From the NCBI GenBank assembly GCA_951406725.2, contig OX597825.1, forward strand, positions 61,256,001-61,320,000: a stretch of 64,000 nt of DNA. Reading direction: 5' to 3'. The stretch comes from Octopus vulgaris. Lineage: Eukaryota. Made by a program: the position numbers and the translations under genes. This document shows positions 53,355-64,000 of the stretch, piece after piece. A model generated the notes under the pieces. That model was given only the letters and a program-made list of their open reading frames with translations. It was not told the DNA's origin and ran no database searches. Each line of letters begins with the position of its first letter. Within the stretch, counting starts at the first letter, position 1.

Positions 53355-53925
53355 AAGGTGGTGAGTTGGTGAGGTGGACAAAATGCTTAGTGGCATTTCT
53401 GTCAGCTTGATGTTCATCATGATCATGATCATCGTTTAACATCCATTTTCCATGCTAGCATGGGTTGGACGGTTCAACTGAAGTCTGGGAAACCAGGAGG
53501 CTGCACCAGGCTCCAGTTTGATCTGGCAGTGTTTCTACAGCTGGATGCCCTTCCCAATGCTAATCACTCGGTGAGTGTAGTGGGTACTTTTTACATGCCA
53601 CTGGCACAGGGGCCAGGTGAGGCTGGCAGTGGCCGTGACCGGTTGGTGCTTTTTACATGCCACTAGCACGGAAGCTAGTCAAGGCGGCACTGGCATTGTC
53701 CACATTCAGATGGTGCTTTTTACGTGCCACCAGCACAGGTATCACGACTACAATTTCCATTTGATTTTTTGATGTTGATATACTCACTGAGTTCAAATCC
53801 TGCTGAGTTCAACTTTGCCTTTCACCCTTTTGCTATAGATAAAATAAGTACTGACTGAGCACTGGCTGTGATGTAATCAACTAACCACCTTCCCCAAAGC
53901 TTCAAGCCTTGTGCCTATGGCAGAA
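53355..53925. mobile_element. Family B SINE (+) interrupted by a family E SINE (-, ~53416-53785)
   Basis: The B head and the TGAGTTCAAATCC continuation are separated by a CTGGATGCCCTTCC-containing element with a (CAT)n tail. Confidence 0.75.
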
Positions 53926-54005
53926 AGGCTTGGTCTAGTGGTTAGTGTGTTAGTCACATGATCATATTGTTCAGTTTCTGAACTGGATAATGTTGGGATT
54001 TTATT

Positions 54006-54418
54006 AGGAGTGGCTGTGTGGTAAGTAGCTTCTTACCAACCACATGGTTCCCTGTTCAGTACCACTGTGTGGCACCTTGGCCAAGTGTCTTCTATTATAG
54101 CCTCGGGCTGACCAAAGCCTTGTGAGTGGATTTGGTAGACGGAAACTGAAAGAAGCCTGTCCTATATATATGTATATATATATATGTATGTGTGTGTATA
54201 TGTTTGTGTATCTGTGTTTGTCTCCCCAACATCGCTTGACAACTGATGGTGGTGTGTTTACGCCCCCGTAACTTAGTGGTTTGGCAAAAGAGACCGATAG
54301 AATAAGTACTAGGCTTACAAAGAATAAGGCCTGGGGTCGATTTGCTCAACTAAAGGTGGTACTCCAGCATGGCCACAGTCAAATGGCTGAAACAAGTAAA
54401 AGAATAAAAAGAGAGTAT
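54006..54418 (+). mobile_element. SINE family A
   Basis: Full-length match. Confidence 0.9.
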
Positions 54419-54966
54419 AAGCACAAGATCCTTTTGAATGGATAGGGATGCAAAAGAGGAAGATGGCTTTATGCTAGGAAATGGAAGGCTAAAAGTATGA
54501 AAGAACAGGACATGTCTCTTGCTGTAGAGAAGCTACTCATAGAAAGCTGGACAGGAGTAACCATTCTGGAGCTGGAAAGAGAGATAAATAAAATGGAAGT
54601 GCTGAAGTGTTAGGCTGGACCCTGAAAATACAAAGTCAATGGAGATGGGTAGGGACAGAACAGGGATTGACAGTGGCTTGATGCTACATGTGTGTATGGG
54701 AAGAGTGAACAATGTCCAATTTTTTATGAATCTACTTATCTACAACTCTCAATAATTCCTGCTGATATAGACACAACGGTCAGAATTTGGCATAACAGGG
54801 TTAGTCGATTGCATTAATTCACTGCTTAACTGGTACATTGTCTTATTGACTCTAAGGGACGTAAGCAAAGTTGATCTCAGGGAGATTTGAACTCAGATCA
54901 TAAAGAACCAGAAGAATGTTGTCAAAGGCTCTAATGATACTGCCAAGTCACTGTCTTCATATCCCT

Positions 54967-55295
54967 CATCATCATCATCGTTTAACATCTGCTTTCCATG
55001 CTAGCATGGGTTGGACGATTTGACTGAGATCTGGTGAACCAGATGGCTGCACCAGACTCCAATCTGATCTGGCAGAGTTTCTGCAGCTGGATGCCATTCC
55101 TAACGCCAACCACTCCGAGAGTGTAGTGGGTGCTTTTACATGCCACCGGCACGAGGGCCAGTCAGGCGGTACTGGCAACGGCCACACTCAAAAGGTGCTT
55201 TTTATGTGCCACCTGCACAGGAGCCAGTCCACATGCACTGGCAATGACCTCGCTCGAATGTTTTTTCATGTGCCACCAGCACAAGTGCCAGTAAG
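54967..55295 (-). mobile_element. SINE family E
   Basis: (CAT)n tail, CAGCTGGATGCCATTCCTAACGCCAACCACT core, internal GTGC..TTTTACATGCCACC repeats. Confidence 0.82.
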
Positions 55296-56789
55296 GCAAT
55301 GCAGGGTATTGCAATAATGCCATATCTCAGAAATTCAGACAAAATACCAAATATTACATTTAAAATAGTCATAATGAAAAATATTGTTAACTCTTTAATA
55401 TATATAAGCATGATAGTCATGTAGACAGCTATATCTGATTAGCCAAAAAAGATTTTAAAAAATAAAAAAAAGAGAAAAATTTCTTGCATTCCAATTTGAT
55501 GGATTTTTTTTAACCAAATGTACTCTATAATAATAGCATGGAATGGCGATAAAGAACATTTAGCTATTTTCTTTCTAAACACAGAACAAAACAAAGAAAA
55601 GTTATGGAATTACAAAATCAGGAAATAAAAACATTATTTCTCTTATCTCTTATTTGCTACAGAACTATTTGGTTTTTCTCTCATATCATTTCAATACTTG
55701 AGGGCAGGTAAAAACATAGGCAGCATATTATACCTGCCAATACTGGCATTCCTGCTTCCTTATTAATTAAAGTGGTTCAACTTTTACTTTAGACTTCAAA
55801 TCATTATTTTCCCAAACGTTTTCCTGCTGGAAGCTGTATATATTTCTATTATTGATGCAGAAGATATTTTTCTTCTATTTCCAGATGAAATTTTGGTTGT
55901 TTTTAGAAGTTTTGTATGAAATTTTACATTTCACTTTACATCAGCAGTGTGGATTTCTCTTAGCAGTATTGCTTTTCCATCAACTTTTAACACAAGAGCC
56001 CAATTTAATTTTAATAAAAAAAAAAGGGGAAAAAAAAAAATCGAGTATTTGGTTTTTAGATTCTTTTAAATCCAGTAGGAAACTCTTTTAATGTAACTTC
56101 AACAGCTACATTCCTAATATTTCTACTTAAGAGAAGACTGGAAGTATTCAGGATTCCTTGATAAAATCTCAAATCTTCACTTAATTTGAAGGTATCCAAT
56201 TTGCTTTTGTTTTTGTTTTTAGTTTAGAGAAAAATTTATTGAGAATTAATTTCCTATTCAGCCTTAATTAAATGAGAATAGTAATAAATATATCACTAAC
56301 ATTTAGTTTGGGTTCTCACTGCTAAGATTAGAAAGTTAATGTAACCTTTGCCCTTTACTTTGATTCTAACTCTGCAACGTTACCAGTAAGAAAAATACTA
56401 TTCAATGATTCCCTTCTCTGATAAATTTCTTCACCTATCTATGTAATCATCAGGTGTGATAAATCATCTATTCTTGACAACACAAGCAATCAGTTGAATC
56501 CTATTGCTATTTCAGGTAATCCACCCTCATCTGATTATTTAACCTTCTCCCTCGAAAAGGCATCTATCCTAAAGTATTAAAGTGCAAGACTGTGTGAAAG
56601 ATATCTCCAAGAATGTAATCTCTGACCTGACCATCTAATTACAGAATAATAACCAACATTTGAATGAATGTAAAGTTAGAGAGAAAATTCTAAATGACCT
56701 TCTTCACTGATACCTTGAATTTCTCATTCTCCTCAGCAAACATAATTATAGGATCTGTGAAGGCATACCAATTACTCTGTAAACTCATG

Positions 56790-56836
<47 letters not shown>

Positions 56837-56839
<3 letters not shown>

Positions 56840-56960
56840 TGTTTGGTAAGTAGCTTGCTTACCAACCACATGGTTCTGGGTTCAGTGTCTTCTACTATAG
56901 CCTTGGGCCAACCAAAGCCTTGCGGTAGATTTGGTAGACGGAAACTGAAAGAAGCCTGTC

Positions 56961-57022
<62 letters not shown>

Positions 57023-57126
57023 ATACATACACACACACATATATATATGTATGCATGTGTGTGTCCACCAACATCGCTTGACAACTGATGCTGGTGTGTT
57101 TATGTCCCCATAACTTAGTGGTTCAG
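56837..57126 (+). mobile_element. SINE family A, internally deleted
   Basis: Partial match. Confidence 0.82.
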
Positions 57127-59180
57127 CACTTTTGCTGTTACTTGTGTTGGACTGTGAGAAATAGCTATGCTGGGGCACGACTCAGCAACCATAATGCATG
57201 CAATAAAGTTTATTTTCTTGTAATAGATACCACAAACATAATGGCTTAGAAACTTCCTTTTTGTCTCTGATGCTTATTATTTCATTAACAGTGACTACAA
57301 AAATGGGTGGCAATTACATAGTTAAGTAAATAATTAGGTTTGTTTCAAAACAAGAGCAAGGTTGAGAACCCCTGAGCAAGTTGTTAAACTTGGTTATGTA
57401 TTTACTTTTTCTTGTACTAAGAATCAACAAGATTCTGTTAATTAAGTTTTAAGAAGAAATTTAACAGAAATATATTTTGGTGAAATAATGTTGTTTTAAC
57501 GAAAGATGTATTTAAATGTGAAATCTTTTTTAGTCTTCCTCTTCTGTCTTCCTTCTCTTCTCATCTGTCTTTCTCCTGGATTGATGAAAATTTCTAAGGT
57601 AACAACAGCTTGGCAGGGACTATTCCAGAAAATACTGGAATGATAATCCAGTTCTAAATATTTTTCCCTTTCTTTATATCTGGTTTCTTCTTTCATTAGT
57701 TTAGTTGTTTTGTTTTTTGCTGAAGATGAAGAATAAATATATATAAAACCTTATCAATGTTGCTTTCTTTTATTACAGTTAAGATATACAATATATATAT
57801 ATGCTATAAATGAAAAGCTTTAAGCATAGTAGGTTTCTATGTTGCCATGTTATGATTTGAATCATCATTACAACTTATTTACCATTTATTATCATTGATT
57901 ACTTTTGAATTATATTTACATGAATTAGATTATAAAATTTAATTTTTCTACAACTTGACTTTTTTTATGAATATTTGCATTTGTAATTCTTGCATTTTGT
58001 AAAATTAAAATAAAAGGAAGTGACAATTATTCACACAATCACAGTTTATTAATGTATAACAGATATTGACTTTTTTTTCCAATTTATTTAAGAGTATTGT
58101 TATCTTAAACTATGCTGTCAGTTCACAGGGAAGCTATTGTAGTAAAGCTTATATTTTGATTATAAAAATCCATTAAAGTTTTTTTTATGCTTTGTACAGA
58201 TTTGTAAATTATCATTTTCTTCTTAAAGAAACAGAATTTCAGAGGTTTAAATTTTGATCTGGTCACTAACAAAGAGAAAGAAATAAAAGGCCATAAAATT
58301 TGTATTTATTTACCAAAACAAAAACAATTTATTTCATAAGATTTTTGCTTTTGTGAAATTCTTAGCAAGAGAATAAAAAAGGAAGTTCTATTTTATTTTC
58401 ATTTCATTCTTTTATATGGTAATTACTGGAATTTATATGAGCTAGGTCATGCTGACCTTACCCTATTGATTATTGTTGCTTGCTTTAAACTTATCTGATT
58501 TTAAATCTGATCATAATGCAAGAGGAAGAAAGGGAGAAGTTCTTTCTGACAGCTGTTGATTTTGTGATCTGTCAAAATTGGTGCAAAAGGTTCTTGGAAA
58601 TACTTAACAATGAAGAAATATATATAAAAATCCCTCAAAGAACGATAATATATTCAAAAGTAAATGAGAATTCTATATAGAATTGAAATGTTGTTAACAA
58701 GGTCCTCTTAAGATTCCTCCTCATGAAATCTGTTATAATATTCACAAGTTTGTTATAACATTGTCATTTGCATATGCCTAAGCATACGTATATTTGTGTA
58801 ATTCTATTTTACTTGTACATTTACTTAATGTCATATGTGTTTGTATTTCAATGTACATTTACTTTCCTGCAAGAAATGTCAAAATATATATATATATCTG
58901 GAAGTAAGAAAAAAATGGTCAATATGAACAAATGTGTGAAAGCTTTGACATTCTATCACTTTAGAACATGTTGACTGGTGTCATTTACCTAGTTTTGATG
59001 TTGAAATCATTCTCAGAAAATTCTTGATCGAAATTGGCTGTCACTAGAAATATGTGCAAACAAAATTTATTTCAGTATTATGCTGACTTCTTAAAAATAT
59101 TACAATTCCTTTTCTTAAAATATTTACTGAAAAATGGTTTTTCTTCCAGCATTAATTTTTTTGTCACTAATTTATACATA

Positions 59181-59345
59181 GGCGCAGGAGTGGCTGTGTG
59201 GTAAGTAGCTTGTTTATGAACCACATGGTTCCGGGTTCAGTCCCACTGTGTGGCACCTTGGGCAAGTGTCTTCTACTATAGCCTCGGGCCGACCAAAGCT
59301 TTGTGAGTGGATTTGGTAGATAGAAACTGAAAGAAGCCCGTTGTA
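59181..59345 (+). mobile_element. SINE family A, 5' half
   Basis: GGCGCAGGAGTGGCTGTGTGGTAAG head through GAAAGAAGCCCG. Confidence 0.9.
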
Positions 59346-59384
<39 letters not shown>

Positions 59385-59929
59385 CATTGATTAATGCAAT
59401 GCTAGATGCATCATAAGCGAAAACAAAAAAAAAAGCCCCCAAAAAACAAGAAAATAAAAAAGGAATGATTAATGAGAATGAGAGCAAAGATTGAAGGATC
59501 TTTATAGAAATACTCTGAGAAGATTTTGTTAGAAATGGTGTATCTAAGGACAGGGTAGTCATGGCAAATGGTTGATAGGCTTGAGAGAAAAATGAACAAA
59601 CTGACATACTGTATTTAGTTACATATCTTCATATTATAAGTTCAAACTTTGCTAGGGTTAGGTTTGTCATTTATCCCTTCAGAGTTGACACAATAAACTA
59701 CCATCCAAGTAGTGGGATTGATATTATCAGCTGCTGTCTCTTCCTAATTTACATCATTTGTCATCTTGTGTCTGAGATAGAATTCAATATTAAAAGTAAA
59801 GAAAAGGGTCATACTAATTCCATTGTTACTGCCTTCGTGATTGGGATATGACAGTAGAAGTTGTACATCTTCTGGATTCATGCAATAACATTAATTCTGA
59901 TCATAATTCTGATCATACAATAACATTAA

Positions 59930-60245
59930 TTATGGGGACAATATTGATTGTAGTAATAGTGTTGCTTCAAGTTACAATGCTAGTTCTGGGGATTATGTCG
60001 ATTGATTTGGTCGATAATGTTTGTTCTAATGATAATGTTGACACTAGTGATTGTATATTGATAATGTTAATTCTGGTAATTTTTGATTTTGGTGATTATG
60101 TTGATTCGGGTATTAATTTGGTTTGGGGATAATGTTGATGTTGGTAATAATTTTAATTGTAGTAGTAATATTGGTTTTGCTGATAATGTTCATTTTCATG
60201 ATGATAATATTGATCTTGGTGATAATGTAGATTTCTGTGATAACT
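59930..60245 (-). repeat. Degenerate 18-bp minisatellite (minus-strand consensus near AATCAACATTATCACCAA)
   Basis: GATAATGTTGAT-type motif recurs at ~18-bp spacing on the + strand. Confidence 0.7.
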
Positions 60246-60819
60246 TCTTCTTGAGACTTGTTCCTCCTGTTTATACAAATAAATATTCAATATTATTGTT
60301 TAGAGAGGAAAAAAGTGGTAGAGCATTGGATAAAATACGTTTTGTTATTTATTTGTGGATCTTTATTTTCTCACTAAGACTTTGCCTTTCACCTAGCTGG
60401 GATTGACAAAGTAAAATGCCAGTCAAGTATTGCAGTTGATTTAATCAACTGTATCTCTGCTAACAAATCCCGTGGTCTTACACCATTGCTAGAAATCAAT
60501 ATTATAGTTGAAAGATCATCAGTCTTCACATTCTGAGCTTAAATTGCCTTTCATCCTTTTGGAAATGATAAAATAAGTACCAGTTTAGTACTGAGATCGA
60601 TGTAATCGACTTACTTCCACCCCTGAACTTGTGCCAAAATTTTAAACCAATATTATAGTTGAAATATAAATGAATAAGCTTACAGAAACAGCAGAATTCA
60701 ATGACAGATGCTACCATTTTTCCTTTTCATTCTAAGTTCAAACACTGCTGTGGTTACATACATATATACATACATGCACTGGTCATTCCAAAGAAGTATG
60801 TACATGTGGATTGTTAGTG

Positions 60820-60998
60820 ATTTTTTCTGTCCGTCTTCCTTTTCTCTTAGACTTTCCTCAATCTCCTGTTCTGAAGAAGAGGTTTGCTTGAAGTGTAAAA
60901 CACCCTTTCTTCTTCTCTGAGCACCTTATTAATACTTTGCATGTACCATATCCTTGCGTTGTTTTTTGCATGTGTTTTGTCTCCATTTTGAGATTACT
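60820..60998 (+). mobile_element. Penelope-like terminal repeat relic with a decayed hammerhead
   Basis: TGTT-CTGAAGA-A-GAGG-TTT-GCTT-GAAGTGTA-AAACA; flanked by TA-rich microsatellite. Confidence 0.45.
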
Positions 60999-62349
60999 TA
61001 TATGTATATATATATATAGATAGATAGATAAATACATAAGTATAATTATACTAATGTGTCCATCTGTTCTAATTTAATTAAATTCTGTCTTTGTGCAGCT
61101 GACGATTACTCTACATTTTAAATTGATGTAATGATTGCATTGTTCAATTAAATGGAGTTGCACAAAACGATCATACTGCATTACCTCTGGATATCCTTGT
61201 TGCTTATTTTGATATATATATATATACAGACATACACACACACACACGCATGCATACATATATACATACATACATACATACATACATACATACATACATA
61301 CATACATACATACATACATACATACATACTTACATACATCATCTGTTTTTGCATGAGTCATTATATAAATAGTGATATAGCAATATTTGAAGTCAAAGTT
61401 GTGTAATCTGACATTAGCAACTTAATCTCATATAATTTATTCTGATTTTGTTTTGCCTTCTGCAGAAGCAGATTTCTAATTCTGAAGAAATACCTGATTA
61501 TATTATAGAAAAAATAATTGGAACATATTTACAAAAAACATTTTCAAGATTTTAGTTTCTATTCAATGTATACGGTTTATTTTTTTAAGCTTAGATAATT
61601 GGCAACCATTAACTTTTTATCATGAATTCTCTAATAATAGTCATTTTTTTGTTTGTTTTCATGTGTGACATATAATTTCAGCTTGATCTGATCTCAGCTG
61701 TCAGCTAAGTCAGGTTCTGTATTAAAATTATTTAGAAATATCAGTTAAGAATAAACAAAATATGAATTACATCGTTTGCTGCAAGGAAAAGTAATTGGTT
61801 TGTAGATTATTCAAAGTAAAGAACTACTAGGTACCTACTTTATCATTATCTCAAATTCTTTAATGTATTTCATGACACAAAGGATGGAACCCTAATTAAG
61901 AAAGATCATTAATTTTTAATTATTTCAGTCATAAAATGTGTAGGCTAATTAAAGATTTAACTGGGAAAGAGAAATCCTGTCATCAGAAAATGAAACTTAA
62001 TATATGAGAGTAATATTCCTTTCAGTATAGCCAAAGCCCACTTGTTGGAAGCATTACATCATTTCTATCATCGTTTTAATGTCGTCTTTCTATGCTTGCA
62101 TGGGTCTGGTAGAATTCGTCGCGGTAAATTTTTCTACAGCCAAATACCCTTCCTGTCATCAACCCTGACTTATTTTTAAGTAAGGTAAAATTCCCCCATG
62201 GCCGTGGCCAGATATGTTTCACAAAAGATTGGGAATGAAGGACACCACTTATATGATGATGATGCACATTTACAACTATTACACAAATGCACCCCAGGAA
62301 CCACAGGCACACACACACACACACAATACATACACATAAACACACAGTG

Positions 62350-62640
62350 TGGTCGTTGCCAGTGCCACTGGACTGGCCCCCATGCATGTAAAAGCACCTT
62401 TTGAGCATGGTCATTGCCAGTACCGCCTGACTGGCCCTCGTGCTGGTGGCATGTAAAAGCACCCACTACACTCTCGAAGTGGTTCGTGTTAGGGAGGGCA
62501 TCCAGCTGTAGAAACTCTGCCAGATCAGATTGAGCCTGGTGCAGCCTCTGGCTCACCAGTCCTCAGTCAAACCATCCAACCCATGCTAACATGGAAAGCG
62601 AACGTAAAATGATGATGATGATGATGATGATGACGATGAT
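62350..62640 (+). mobile_element. SINE family E
   Basis: GTTAGGGAGGGCATCCAGCTGTAGAAAC core and (GAT)n tail; another copy begins at ~63920 and runs off the window. Confidence 0.82.
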
Positions 62641-63855
62641 ATATATATATATATATATCAGCGTTTAACGTCCATTTTTCATGTTGGCATTGGTTGGACG
62701 ATATATATATATGTATGTATGTATGTATGTATATATGTATGAATAATGGTCTCCTTTTAGTTTCTGTCTACCAAATCCACTCAGATCTTAGGGCCATAGT
62801 AAAAGTAGAAGATACTTGCCCAAGATGATATGCAGTGGGACTGAACCCAAAGCCATCTGGTTGGAAAGAAAATTTCCTTAACCATACTACCATGCCCATG
62901 CTTTACAAGAGCAAATAACATTAGTATTTCTTCTATTCACTTTGTGAAACAATTAATATTCTCTCATTATCATTTACTATGCAGCTCAAATTTCTTTTGC
63001 ACTCCATGCAATTTGCATCGTTTAATTTTGATATTTTTGTCTATTCTCATCTTTGCTTTGAAATTATCTTCAACTGACCAAAATATGTACTTGTCACAAA
63101 CTGTGGGTCAATGGAAATGAATGTCTTAAACATCTGCTCCACCTCTAAAGGGGTAGTTTTGTGTTAGTATTAGAACTCAGTGTTTGCACACTTCAATCAA
63201 GTTTTGAGATTTACTACTTTGAAATTTGCTATGATCAATCATTTTCATTTAGACTATTTGATCTTAGCTAAATTCTTGAAACTGTATTCTTCTTTTCTTT
63301 TAAGCATTAAGCTAATCAATCATTTTGCCTGATGCTAACAGTTTCTGGAGCAGTGTGAAAGCATTCAACAGAAATCTTCATCAAATTCATTTTGAAGCTG
63401 TTTTAATATTGATTTCTTACATAGGCTAAAATCCTACATAATTTTGGAGTGAAAAGAAACAGTTATTTATATCAATTGGAATACTTAGCTGGTTCTTTAT
63501 TTTAATGACCCTACAGGGATGAAAGACAAAGTTAACCTTGGTGGAATTTGAACTCAGAATATAAAGAACTGAAGCTAAAAACCAAAAGGTATATTGTTTG
63601 ATATTGCAAATATATTGCCCTTAGCCTGTATCAATACTAAGATATATTTCAGTCATATAAGCAATATTTTTCTTTGTTTTGCTGAGTATTTTAATAAAAG
63701 CATAAAAGATTTTATCCAAAATTTGTCTGCTTAGAAGAGATGTAGAAGTCATGGGCAGAGTTTCCTACAAGTTATGCAATTGCACATTCTAGTACATACT
63801 TTAAAACTAAGAAAGGATAACAAAGGATTTGGTAGGTAGAAAGAAGCTTGTCGTA

Positions 63856-63909
<54 letters not shown>

Positions 63910-64000
63910 CATATTTATATCCGTGCCAGTGGCATGTAAAAAGCACCCACTACACTCACGGAGTGGTTGACATTAGGAAGGGCATCCAGCTGTAGAAACA

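Overview
AT-rich, microsatellite-saturated eukaryotic DNA. The repeat repertoire (several tRNA-derived SINE families, (TA)n/(TACA)n/(TAGA)n tracts) suggests a coleoid cephalopod, probably Octopus; this is inference, not a database result. I found no intact host gene, and almost every ORF in the supplied track is a microsatellite or SINE artefact. The only clearly recognisable protein-coding sequence is a 5'-truncated, disrupted R4/Dong-type retrotransposon (~34.5-37.0 kb), plus short RTE, CR1 and piggyBac remnants. The window also holds Tc1/mariner MITEs, a composite Helitron, a hAT element with nested cargo, a 137-bp satellite (21 units), a 49-bp minisatellite (11 units) and a complex inverted rearrangement at 25.7-27.7 kb. 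The most interesting signal is RNA-structural: about ten type I hammerhead ribozyme (HHR) motifs or relics. Two of them (41.4 and 46.2 kb) lie in divergent copies of a ~335-390 nt non-coding element whose stems covary between copies and whose module order is circularly permuted, as expected for a retrozyme or circular-RNA-derived retroelement. Others lie in Penelope-like inverted terminal repeats, including a candidate G3-C8 core-swap variant and variants with enlarged stem II. All structures were read by eye, and SINE boundaries are approximate.
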